NCBI GenBank assembly: GCA_035344155.1
Contig: DAORAL010000012.1
Span: 19,470 to 83,469 of the forward strand
Length of the DNA: 64,000 nucleotides
Origin: Phycisphaerae bacterium
Lineage (GTDB): Bacteria; Planctomycetota; Phycisphaerae; UBA1845
Reading direction: 5' to 3'
Positions 45,189-54,340 of the stretch are shown here, in pieces (position 1 is the first letter of the stretch; the number at the start of each line of letters is the position of its first letter). The position numbers and the translations under genes were made by a program. The notes below the pieces were generated by a model. That model saw only the letters and a program-made list of their open reading frames with translations, was not told where the DNA came from and did no database searches.

Positions 45189-46982
45189 TTGAGCGTGAAA
45201 CGGAATTCATTTTTCACATCCAAGGCATTTCTCATCATCTTTGCAGCCGTCATGTGCGGGTGGGGCATTCATGCTGGCCCGCGACTTGGCGATCACGAAA
45301 GCATCAACGCCCAATGTGCCCGGCAGGCGATCGAAGAAGGGCATTGGCTAATCCCCAGATTTCAGGATCAATCCCGTGTCCGCAAATCACCGCTCGGCAT
45401 CTGGCTGATCGCCGCGTCGTCGGTGGTTGTCGATGGCGTTCGTGGCGTCGAACCGGTGTCGGAGTTGGCCGCACGATTGCCACAGGCGCTGGCCGCTGTG
45501 CTGAATGTGCTGGTCATCGCGTGGATGGGGCGGCGCATGTATGGCGACCGGGCCGGGCGGTTGGCGGGATGGATGGCGGCTGTAAGCGTCGCGACCATTT
45601 ACTTCAGCCACAGCGCGCTCATCGAGATGACACTGACCTTGTTCATCACGCTGTCGTTCGCGTGCTTCTGGCGGGCGTGTGAAGAACCGAAAGTCAGCGG
45701 GAAATGGCTCATCGGATTCTACGCGTCGTTCGCGATGGCGATGATGGCCAAGATGCCACTGCCGCTGATGATCATCGCGCCACCACTATTTATCTATTGG
45801 GTGTTCCTAAGGCCGGCAACGATGAACCCCGACGAAACGTTCGAGACCAATGCCGAGGAAGGCGCCACCGCGCGGAACCTCAATTGGGTCGACCAACTGA
45901 AGGCCATTCCGTCGCTGCTTTCGGTTCCGGGCATCCTGCTGTTCCTGTTGATCTGCGGGGCCTGGCCGCTTTACGTCTATCTGAATGTCGACGGTGTGTT
46001 GTCGCTGTGGCAAGCCGAGTACATGGGGCGGTTCTCCGGTGAGATGGACGATCGGGCGATGCCGTTTTGGTATTACATTCCGATCGTGTTCGGATTCGTC
46101 GCACCGTTTGCACTTTTTCTGGGCGAGGGCACGATCGCGGTTTTTCTCAAACCATACGCCCATCGAAAGCACGCGCTTGGATTCCTGTTTGCATGGGCGA
46201 TCTGGGGATTGTTCTTCTTAAGCCTGTCATCGTTCAAGCGGCCCCACTATGTCGCGTCGATCATTCCGCCGTTTATCTTGATGATGGTGCCCGTCGTCGA
46301 GCGGATGTATTTCGAGGCATTGGCTTATCCCAAGCGCATCATAAAGGCCTTTTGCGACATTTGCGTGATCGTCATCATCGTGTTGGTCTTCGTTGGCATT
46401 GCGAATTTGAAGGGCAAGAGTTTCGTTTCACCTTCGACGCTTTACGTCGTTGTCGGCTTGATTGCGGCTTGCTGGTGCGGTGCTGCGATTGCATATCGAA
46501 TCGACAGGCGGATGGCGAGTCTGGTGCTGTTGATTGCGAGTGGACCAGTGATGTTGGCGGCTGGCTGGGGCGGAGCCGCCCACATGGATGCCAACGATCA
46601 ACGCATTGAGGCTGTGACCACCGCGTTACACGATCTTGGTGTAACCTCTGAAGATAAAGTGGTGTTGGTGGATGGGCGGGTGGACGCGCGGTTCCCGTTT
46701 TATGCCGACCTGCGGATCGAGCGGTTGTTCACACCGGTCGAAGTCGCGTCGATGCGAACCAGTCGCAGCGAAATGCCGGTTGAACTCTTGCAGGCCGCGG
46801 CAGACAAGATGCGTGATTTGATCACGACCAACCCACGAACGTTTTTCATTATGGATGCGCAGCGGTTTGATTACCTTAGCGGTGATTATGACATGCCGGT
46901 TGCGGAACTTGCCCGTGTGAAGTTGACGAAAGAGAAAAAGGGCAAGAGTTGCGTCATCCTTGGGAGCGAAACAAAATCGTAA
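45189..46982 (+). CDS. GT-C fold membrane glycosyltransferase (family 39 / ArnT-PMT_2-like)
   Basis: Polytopic protein whose first loop, GDHESINAQCARQAIEEGHWLIPRFQDQSRVRKSPLGIWL, fits the ArnT/PMT pattern (acidic D/E loop residues followed by a K-[PS]-P-L segment). The start is TTG 45189 or GTG 45195. Confidence 0.8.
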   Translation: MSVKRNSFFTSKAFLIIFAAVMCGWGIHAGPRLGDHESINAQCARQAIEEGHWLIPRFQDQSRVRKSPLGIWLIAASSVVVDGVRGVEPVSELAARLPQALAAVLNVLVIAWMGRRMYGDRAGRLAGWMAAVSVATIYFSHSALIEMTLTLFITLSFACFWRACEEPKVSGKWLIGFYASFAMAMMAKMPLPLMIIAPPLFIYWVFLRPATMNPDETFETNAEEGATARNLNWVDQLKAIPSLLSVPGILLFLLICGAWPLYVYLNVDGVLSLWQAEYMGRFSGEMDDRAMPFWYYIPIVFGFVAPFALFLGEGTIAVFLKPYAHRKHALGFLFAWAIWGLFFLSLSSFKRPHYVASIIPPFILMMVPVVERMYFEALAYPKRIIKAFCDICVIVIIVLVFVGIANLKGKSFVSPSTLYVVVGLIAACWCGAAIAYRIDRRMASLVLLIASGPVMLAAGWGGAAHMDANDQRIEAVTTALHDLGVTSEDKVVLVDGRVDARFPFYADLRIERLFTPVEVASMRTSRSEMPVELLQAAADKMRDLITTNPRTFFIMDAQRFDYLSGDYDMPVAELARVKLTKEKKGKSCVILGSETKS

Positions 46983-47118
46983 TCACCTCGACCTCTGCGA
47001 GGCGGTCACTAAAATCCTGCGAGGCGCGGTGATTGAAGTTATTTAATGGCAACATTCAGTCGCGGGTTTTCAATAACACCGCGCCACACTTGGAAAAACT
47101 TTACAAGGAGAAATTCTG

Positions 47119-47589
47119 ATGAAGCGACAGATGATGGCGCTGGCCACTGTGGGCTGCGTGGTGCTCGGTACAACAATGGTGACGATGAACGTTCGGACGC
47201 AAGTCGCCGACGCTCACTGCCAGGTTCCCTGTGGGATTTACGACGATGCGGCCCGTGTCACCCGGATGAAGGAAGACGCCACGACAATTGAGAAGGCGAT
47301 CAAGAACATCAACGAGTTATCCGGCCAGCACGATGCTCAGGCACTGAATCAAGCTGTTCGCTGGGTGAATACGAAAGAAGAGCACGCTTCGCACATCATC
47401 GAAGTGATCTCGCAATACTTCATGGCCCAGCGGGTCAAGCCGGTTGCGAAGGGTGCGGATGGTTATGACGCCTATGTTGAATCGCTCACCAAGTATCACG
47501 CGGTCATGGTTGCGGCAATGAAGACGAAGCAGCAGGCCAATCAGGAAGCGGTTGATGCACTGAAGAGTGCGATCGAAGCGTTGCCATAA
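47119..47589 (+). CDS. sodN: Nickel superoxide dismutase precursor
   Basis: The Ni-hook HCQVPCGIYDD (canonical HCDLPCGVYDP) follows a 32-aa leader, MKRQMMALATVGCVVLGTTMVTMNVRTQVADA. The mature length of about 124 aa fits NiSOD, and an AAGGAG RBS is present. Confidence 0.9.
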   Translation: MKRQMMALATVGCVVLGTTMVTMNVRTQVADAHCQVPCGIYDDAARVTRMKEDATTIEKAIKNINELSGQHDAQALNQAVRWVNTKEEHASHIIEVISQYFMAQRVKPVAKGADGYDAYVESLTKYHAVMVAAMKTKQQANQEAVDALKSAIEALP

Positions 47590-47612
47590 ACCATTCGACA
47601 AGTAAACAAGGT

Positions 47613-47657
47613 AACGCGGCACGACCGAATTGTTTCGATCGTGCCGCGTTTGTTTTT
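47613..47657. terminator. Intrinsic, probably bidirectional terminator between sodN and the PEP-CTERM gene
   Basis: 17-bp stem with one mismatch (aacgcggcacgaccgaa / ttcgatcgtgccgcgtt) and loop ttgt, followed by tgttttt on the + strand. The flank on the other strand is moderately T-rich. Confidence 0.7.
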
Positions 47658-47690
47658 GATTCTCGTCTGCTTAGGGCAGTCGTCTATTGT

Positions 47691-48362
47691 TTAGCGATTT
47701 GAACGACGACGCAGTGCCGCAATTCCGCCAAGGGCGAGCAACCCGAGTGTTGCGGGTTCGGGTGTGGCCGTGATGTTGTCGATGCCGAGTTGGCCGACAA
47801 CCGATGGCGAACCAGCCACGCCCTGGGGCGCGCCCGGCTGATGTCGAATCAAGAGAGTTTGTACGCTCGACAGCGCCGTGGCGACATCCGGTGTTACACC
47901 GCCGACAAGCGTCATGTTTGGCGTGGTCAGATCAAAAACAACGTGAATCCAATTTCCACCGGCGGGGACCACAATCGTCGACGTTGACGTGTATTGCGAC
48001 GCGAATCCGCTTTCGATTGCGAGCACGCGCAGTTCGAGGTCCGTCGCGCCGAAGTTGGCGACGTCGGCTTCGATGGAGGTGATACCTGCGCCGGTCAGAT
48101 CACCGATCCACTGATTTTCATTCTTCGTACCGATCGGCTTGGTGCCCGTGGAGGACAATTGCAAGTACTGATCGCCCGCGCCGGCTGGTCCGCCCGTGGG
48201 GATGTTGGTCGGGCCTGATCCACCCGCCCACGATTGCGTTGTCCCGTCCTGAAAATCATCCACGTGGCCCAGGGTCACTGTGGCGTTTGCCTGAGCGGTA
48301 AGCAACATTGCCGTCGCGAACGCGCCGACAACCATGCTTGACTTTGCTGAGAACAGCTTCAT
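47691..48362 (-). CDS. PEP-CTERM sorting-domain secreted protein
   Basis: Signal peptide MKLFSAKSSMVVGAFATAMLLTAQANA and C-terminal TPEPATLGLLALGGIAALRRRSNR (PEP motif, TM, basic tail). ATG 48362 follows a GAGGGG RBS; the track ORF extends spuriously to 48515. Confidence 0.8.
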   Translation of the reverse strand: MKLFSAKSSMVVGAFATAMLLTAQANATVTLGHVDDFQDGTTQSWAGGSGPTNIPTGGPAGAGDQYLQLSSTGTKPIGTKNENQWIGDLTGAGITSIEADVANFGATDLELRVLAIESGFASQYTSTSTIVVPAGGNWIHVVFDLTTPNMTLVGGVTPDVATALSSVQTLLIRHQPGAPQGVAGSPSVVGQLGIDNITATPEPATLGLLALGGIAALRRRSNR

Positions 48363-48674
48363 GAATTTCCCCTCTTGATGTCGAAGTAGGTTCTTGTAAC
48401 CCAGTCCCTGGATCACAGGGACGCCATGCCCGGCTACAAAAAAAGAGACACATTGGCACCGCGATTTTGCCCGGTGAATGTCTCTCTCAACAGTTGCGCT
48501 TCTTGGCAACCTCAATACGTTGGCGATTCAGGAGTTCTCCACTCCAGCCTGATCGCCGCTTCAACTGAATTCCCTTATGATAGTGATCTCGGGAGGTCCG
48601 GGTCAACCACGAACCCGGCGATTCAGGACGCTAATGCGGACGCAAAGTGGACACGATTGCGGGTGAATGAATCG

Positions 48675-49712
48675 ATGATTCAACCATGCGACACGACAAA
48701 ATCAAGCATTTCAGGGGCGCTGCGTATCGGACCACTCGCAGTCGCCCATCCGTTTGTGCAAGCCGCGTTGAGCGGTTACACGGACTTGGCCATGCGCCGT
48801 ATTGCCCGCATGCACGGTGCGGATTACTGCATCAACGAGGTTGTGTTGGATCGCTCGGTGCTTCACGACGGACCTTGGCAGCGCAAACTTCTGACCGTTG
48901 AGCCCGACGATCATCCGGTCGGGGCGCAGCTTATGGGCGGTGATCCGACGACATTTGGACCAGCCGCCGACCGCATGGTGTCGGCTGGTTATGACGTCAT
49001 CGATATCAATTTCGGATGCCCGGCGCCGAAAGCGCAAAATCGTTGTCGCGGTGGATTCCTTCTGTCCGAACCGGAGACAGCCGCGGCCATCGTTCGCAAC
49101 GTCGTCGATGCAGTGGGGGATCGTTGTCCGGTCACCTTAAAGATGCGGCGCGGGTTGGATGATTCCGCCGCCAGCGAGCGCAGCTTCTTTGAGATTTTCG
49201 ACCTGGCGTTTTCGTTGGGAGTGTCGGCGATCACGGTTCATGGGCGCTCGGTGGAACAGCGTTATCGCGGGCCCAGTGATTGGCAATTCCTTGCGCGGGT
49301 CAAAGCGCATGCCGGTTCGCGCACCGTGCTTGGAAGTGGTGATCTGTTCACAGCCGACGATTGCATTCGCATGATGGAAGAGACCGGCGTCGATGGCGTG
49401 ACCATCGCGCGGGGATCGATGGGCAACCCGTGGATCTTCAACCAGTGCCTCGCGCTCGCGCGTGGAGAATGCGAAGCGGCAGAACTCAAAGGTCCAGGGA
49501 TCGCCGACCAGCGCGACACGATCATCCAGCATTTCGAAGAGACGGCCAAATTGCATGGACACGAGAAAGCCGGCAAACTTATGGGCAAGTTCGGCGTTCG
49601 CTACGCATCGCACCACCCCAAGTGCAAACGCATCCGAGAAGCCTTTAGCCGCGGCAGTTCAACCGAGCAATTCCTCGAAACAATCAAAGTCTGGTACGAA
49701 GACTACGCGTAG
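48675..49712 (+). CDS. tRNA-dihydrouridine synthase (Dus family)
   Basis: FVQAALSGYTDLAMRRIARMHGADY, VIDINFGCPAPK and ITVHGRS are Dus motifs. ATG 48675 is preferred over the track start 48426. Confidence 0.85.
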   Translation: MIQPCDTTKSSISGALRIGPLAVAHPFVQAALSGYTDLAMRRIARMHGADYCINEVVLDRSVLHDGPWQRKLLTVEPDDHPVGAQLMGGDPTTFGPAADRMVSAGYDVIDINFGCPAPKAQNRCRGGFLLSEPETAAAIVRNVVDAVGDRCPVTLKMRRGLDDSAASERSFFEIFDLAFSLGVSAITVHGRSVEQRYRGPSDWQFLARVKAHAGSRTVLGSGDLFTADDCIRMMEETGVDGVTIARGSMGNPWIFNQCLALARGECEAAELKGPGIADQRDTIIQHFEETAKLHGHEKAGKLMGKFGVRYASHHPKCKRIREAFSRGSSTEQFLETIKVWYEDYA

Positions 49713-49772
49713 GGTGGGCCGTGCCCACCGCAGTTTGAGCGCCAACGACATGGTGGGCACGGCCCACCCTAC
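49709..49772. repeat. Palindromic intergenic repeat, full copy
   Basis: gtagggtgggccgtgcccacc-gcagtttgagcgccaacgacat-ggtgggcacggcccaccctac. It contains the dus TAG stop and ends 2 nt before the stop of the convergent gene. Confidence 0.85.
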
Positions 49773-49774
49773 AG

Positions 49775-51886
49775 TTACTGCACCGACAAGTTGTTCAGAT
49801 AGTCCGCCAGCGCCTGGCGCTGCTGGTTGACCTCTTCCTGCAACTTGGCGACGGTGGCTTGTTCTTTTTCGATCGTCGTTTCCTGATCGTTCAGTTTGGT
49901 CAGCAGGCGGGTGTAATACTCGCTGTTTTGCTTGACCGACTTCATGTTTTCGCGGATGCGTTCCTGCTCGCGCGAGATGCTTTCGATGGACTCGCGGTGT
50001 TGATCGAGGTTCATCTGCGTCGTGCTGAGAATCTGCTTGAGCTGCATGGTCTTTTCAAGCGCGTCGCGCACCTTGGCGGGCAGTTCCTTTGCCCGGACGA
50101 AAAACTCGATCCGATCCGTGTCGGTCGTCAATAGGGCCATCTGTACGTCGCGGATATACTCCTGCGTCACCTTGAACTCACTCGACGCGCCGGCATCGAC
50201 GTTGGTCTTGAAGCGATAGATTGCTTCGGTGGTCTCAAACGGTTTCGCCGAATCGACCAATTCCCAGTTCGCCATTCGCGGATGCTCGATCACCAGCGTT
50301 TTCTGGTGGCCGCCCTTGTTCTCCAACGTATAGACCTGCGTGTGGGCGAGCTTTCGTTTGAGCATCAGCACGCCGTTGACCAAGCTGCCGGTTTGAAGCG
50401 TGTCGGTCGAGTTCAACTTTGTCGCATCCACCCGCATGTCCAGGTCCACCGCATAACTCAAGAGTCGCGACTGCCCGGGCGGGAAGTGGTCGATCTGGGC
50501 ATCGCCTGCATAACCGCCATCATCAAGCACGGTGATCGGGCCCTGTGGTAAATCCTTGCCCGTCGAATTCGTCAGACGTGCGCCATTGAGGGGATGCTTC
50601 GCGAGCACGCCCTGGTTGTAAATGCTCAACCGCTCGACATCGATGTCATCGGTCACGATCGGAATCATCGCCGACCGCTGGCGGGGCAGGGTGACGCCGC
50701 CCACCTTGTATTGAAACAACTCGCCCATGTCGGCTGCATCGGCGATTGAAGAGACACTACTGACGTAATCGGCCTCCTCGTCGCTGTCGAACGTCGGTGC
50801 GGCCAGTTCTTCGCTGATTTGTATACCCACACTCGTCTCGGCTGGGCGCATTTTCGCTCTGCCCCTCCGAGCCGGCGCCGCAGCAGGCGCCTTTCCGAAG
50901 TAGCCATTGCTATTTCCACCGGCGAGACCGCCTCCTCCACCAAACCCGCCGCCGCCAGTTCCACCCTCATAAGTCTGCGGTGACAAGCTTGCATAAAGCT
51001 CAGGCCGTACGACAGGGCGGTGAATGTAGAGCGGCTGATACAAATCCTGCACGAACGAGATGGGCCGACCGCTGACCAGCGACAGTTCGACGTTGTTCCA
51101 ATCGCTTTCAGTTTGATTTTCAACGACCGCCCAGCCTTGCAGCGAACCCTTGGCATCCTTCGTACCCGCATCCGGCATCATCAGACGATAGGTCGTCTTC
51201 CAAATGGGCGTCTCAACGACGTACCCAAGGCGAACGCGTCGGTTTCCGTCGCCAGTGAATTCGATGGTGACCGGTTTCTTGTCCTGATCGCGCGATTGGG
51301 CGAGGACGAGCAGCGCCTTGGCCAACTCTTCCTGAAGTTCCTTGTCCTTCAATTCGATGCGTGACGTGTCGGCAAGGTCCACCGAGCGGATCGTCCCGCC
51401 TTCGATGATGTTGAGCACCCACGTTTCGAGGGTCTCGTCGTCGCCGATTCTGACTTTCTTTTTTTCCAGACCCAGGATCGTGCCTTCGATCGTGGTGCCT
51501 TGCGCTTCGACGAGCAGGTCAGCGCCGCGAAGCTGATTGAGCAATTCGCCCAACGACGGATTGGTCCGGATGTCCACCTGAAAACTACGCAGCGTCTTGG
51601 AAAGTGGGTCCTGCGATGGATACACGACGCTGCCGATCTTCCCGCCGTCAAGATCCTGAAGCACGAGCGATTTAAGAATGTCGTTGATCTGCTCGGTCTT
51701 GAATCGAAGTTCGGTCTTGGTATTCCCGTCGACCTTACCGCGATGTTCGAAGAATCCGACCCCGCTGCTGAACAGGATCACGCGCTCGACCGGTACGTCG
51801 GTTTGAGGTTCAGTGCCAGCCCGCACGAGGGAAGCAGCGATCAAGAGCAGGGCGGTGGCGATGATGGGGCGGCGATTGGATGACAT
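49775..51886 (-). CDS. Secreted DUF4139-like protein with C-terminal coiled coil
   Basis: Signal peptide MSSNRRPIIATALLLIAASLVRA. The N-terminal VERVILFSSGVGFFEHRGKVDG...INDILKSLVLQD and the central WAVVENQTESDWNNVELSLVSGRPISF resemble the DUF4140/DUF4139 patterns from memory. There is a Gly-rich loop (GGTGGGGFGGGGGLAGG). AAGGAAA RBS. Confidence 0.55.
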   Translation of the reverse strand: MSSNRRPIIATALLLIAASLVRAGTEPQTDVPVERVILFSSGVGFFEHRGKVDGNTKTELRFKTEQINDILKSLVLQDLDGGKIGSVVYPSQDPLSKTLRSFQVDIRTNPSLGELLNQLRGADLLVEAQGTTIEGTILGLEKKKVRIGDDETLETWVLNIIEGGTIRSVDLADTSRIELKDKELQEELAKALLVLAQSRDQDKKPVTIEFTGDGNRRVRLGYVVETPIWKTTYRLMMPDAGTKDAKGSLQGWAVVENQTESDWNNVELSLVSGRPISFVQDLYQPLYIHRPVVRPELYASLSPQTYEGGTGGGGFGGGGGLAGGNSNGYFGKAPAAAPARRGRAKMRPAETSVGIQISEELAAPTFDSDEEADYVSSVSSIADAADMGELFQYKVGGVTLPRQRSAMIPIVTDDIDVERLSIYNQGVLAKHPLNGARLTNSTGKDLPQGPITVLDDGGYAGDAQIDHFPPGQSRLLSYAVDLDMRVDATKLNSTDTLQTGSLVNGVLMLKRKLAHTQVYTLENKGGHQKTLVIEHPRMANWELVDSAKPFETTEAIYRFKTNVDAGASSEFKVTQEYIRDVQMALLTTDTDRIEFFVRAKELPAKVRDALEKTMQLKQILSTTQMNLDQHRESIESISREQERIRENMKSVKQNSEYYTRLLTKLNDQETTIEKEQATVAKLQEEVNQQRQALADYLNNLSVQ

Positions 51887-52096
51887 CGGGTTTCCTTTCC
51901 GGAAGAGGTCCGCAAGTTGCACAACTTTGGCTGACGCTATGGTATTGGACACGCCAACCCGCCGAAAGTTTCATCAGCGTTTCACGACCAGCCGATCATG
52001 ATAGCGGCAACAAAAAACGCGGCTGGGAACGTATCTCCAACCGCGTTGATTTTTCGAACTGAAAGAAGTGCGAATTCAAAAAGCACTTCGAGGCGA

Positions 52097-54256
52097 CTAG
52101 TTTTCGACGGCTTCCATCTCGACGACTTCAATGTCCTCTTCAATCTTGGCAGAGTCACTGTCGTCTGAATCGTCGTCACCCGCATCTTCGATCGGCTTCA
52201 TTTCCAAAACCGCTGGTTCGATTGCCTTCTGCGGTGCCGGCGCCTTGGTCACGTTGCTTGCCGGCATGGCCTGGGTTTGCGGCTGAGGTGCAGGAGCAAC
52301 GGGAGCCATTCCGACCTTGCCCATGGGCCGCACTTCGACCTGATCCGCATTTGACTTGTGCGTCGCGGTGCGGGCCTTTTTCGGGGCTTCAGTCGTACCG
52401 GGTTCAACCGGCTCGACCGATTCGATTTCCGACAGGTCAGCCGTCATTGACGCGTTGTCCTGCGGCTGAGCCGGTGTCATGCTCGACGCGCTTTGCTGCT
52501 GCGTTTGAACACGTTCGTAGGGTTGACCCGACTTGCGGCTCGGTGCATAGGTTTCTTCAACCGGGGTGGCTTCAAGGACCAACGCATCTGACTTCTGAGT
52601 CTGGTTTGAAGTCGCTGGCTGGGTCTGGTCGACCACCGGGTGAGTCTCGAAAACTGGTTGCGTTGTGGCAACGTTCTGCGTCTGAACCGGACGCGGAGTC
52701 GGTTTCAACTGAGTCGGCGTTTGTGACGGCTGGTTCGATTGGTTCTGTCCGGCGACAAACACCGGTTGGACTTCTTCGATTTCGTCGACAGGCTGATTCT
52801 GCTGGCCGGTCGACGGCTGGCTACCGACGAAGTGTGACTGATCCCACTGCACTGGTTCGGTCTGCGAATCTTCCGTCTGCGTCTGCTCCTGCTCGACTGA
52901 GTCGACAGGTTCGGTTGACGCCACTTCGACGTTGTCTGCTTCGTGCGAATCCTCTTCGGCCTGTTCGGTGGCACTGGCGACCGGATAGGTTTCGTAGGCT
53001 TCCACCGCCGAGTTGTTCGACCAATCCTGCTGGTTCTGCTGGTCGGTCGCGTTCGATGCGGTCTGATCTTCGGTGTTCGACGCAGTATCCTGGGCGAATA
53101 CCGGGGCCGTGTCGTCGTGCTGCGTGACCGACTGCGACGCTTGATCTTCGACGGGCTGCATCGGCAGAATCGCGGGCGAGCTGGCTACCGGCTCGTTTGC
53201 GTACTGCGTACTCGAATACTGAGTGTTTGAATTCTGCCATTCCTGTGCAGGAGCTGCTTCGACCGGCTGCGTGTTCGTTGAAGAAGCGGTTGAAGCGTTC
53301 GACCACGATGCGGTCTGAGCGTTCTGCTCGGAAGTCGCGACCGACTGCGATTCGACGGGCTGCATGGCGTACGACTGATTCGTCCGAACATTCGACGAAT
53401 TGTTCTGCTGCCACTGCTGCTTCGAGTTATTCGATGCGGCAAATTCGGTCGATTGCGGAGCCGGCGCATCCGCGGGATATTCGCGGGTACGCTCAAGCTG
53501 CAACTTCATGCGATCGAGCTGCTGCTTGGCCAGGGTCATTTCAGGTTTGCGTTTCAGCGCGGTTGCGAACGCGCCGGCGGCCTCCTCGTAACGCTGAGCG
53601 CTACGGTACAGCAGCCCGAGGTTGTAATACGCCTCGGGTTCGGGGACCGCCAGTTTGAACTCCCCCAGGGCTTCATCAAACCTGTTCAGCTTGGAGAGCG
53701 CCATGGCCAGGTTCACGCGTGCCCGAATAAACGACGGGTCAAGCTTCAGGGTGTTGCGAAACTCTGCTTCGGCGTCATACCAACGTTCCTGCATGACGTA
53801 GCAGAATCCGAGGTTGTTGCGCGCCTGCGGTGAGTTCGGCCAAAGCTCGACGGCTTTTTGCAGATACTCTTCCGCCTGCGGATAGTGTCCCTGCTTGGCG
53901 TAGATCATGCCCAATCGACTGATCGACGGAACATGATTGGGATCGCGGAGCAATGCCTTCTTGTATTGCTTCGCTGCCCGCACGACCGCGCCTTGTTTTT
54001 CGAACAAGCGACCGGCTGCGTAGTGCGTTTGCGGCATGATGTCCGGCGTTTCTTCGGGTTCAGCTCCCGCGAGTGCTGCCGGGTCTGCGGACTTCCAATT
54101 GCTTTGCGATTGGCTGGATACGAATTCTGTTTTCTCTGAACAGCTCGTAAGCCAAATCACGCTGACGGCCATGATTAGATAAGTGCTGGCTTTTTGTTTC
54201 ACGGTACGTACCCCAGTTTCACAAAGTAGCAGTTCTGTCGCGTTTCCGTTTTTCAT
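52097..54256 (-). CDS. TPR-repeat lipoprotein with a ~460-aa Q/T/S/N/E/P-rich disordered C-terminal region
   Basis: Lipobox VIWLTSC and clear TPR units (AAGRLFEKQGAVVRAAKQYKKALLRDPNHVP..., LGMIYAKQGHYPQAEEYLQKAVELWPNSP..., NLGFCYVMQERWYDAEAEFRNTLKLDPSF...). The sequence is low-complexity from about aa 261 to the end. Confidence 0.75.
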   Translation of the reverse strand: MKNGNATELLLCETGVRTVKQKASTYLIMAVSVIWLTSCSEKTEFVSSQSQSNWKSADPAALAGAEPEETPDIMPQTHYAAGRLFEKQGAVVRAAKQYKKALLRDPNHVPSISRLGMIYAKQGHYPQAEEYLQKAVELWPNSPQARNNLGFCYVMQERWYDAEAEFRNTLKLDPSFIRARVNLAMALSKLNRFDEALGEFKLAVPEPEAYYNLGLLYRSAQRYEEAAGAFATALKRKPEMTLAKQQLDRMKLQLERTREYPADAPAPQSTEFAASNNSKQQWQQNNSSNVRTNQSYAMQPVESQSVATSEQNAQTASWSNASTASSTNTQPVEAAPAQEWQNSNTQYSSTQYANEPVASSPAILPMQPVEDQASQSVTQHDDTAPVFAQDTASNTEDQTASNATDQQNQQDWSNNSAVEAYETYPVASATEQAEEDSHEADNVEVASTEPVDSVEQEQTQTEDSQTEPVQWDQSHFVGSQPSTGQQNQPVDEIEEVQPVFVAGQNQSNQPSQTPTQLKPTPRPVQTQNVATTQPVFETHPVVDQTQPATSNQTQKSDALVLEATPVEETYAPSRKSGQPYERVQTQQQSASSMTPAQPQDNASMTADLSEIESVEPVEPGTTEAPKKARTATHKSNADQVEVRPMGKVGMAPVAPAPQPQTQAMPASNVTKAPAPQKAIEPAVLEMKPIEDAGDDDSDDSDSAKIEEDIEVVEMEAVEN

Positions 54257-54340
54257 TCGCCCTCACTTGGGCGAAGGAGGATGACACAACACGCGGTTTA
54301 AGAAAAATTGCACTCGGGCAATTGTTATGTTCCCGCCGAC

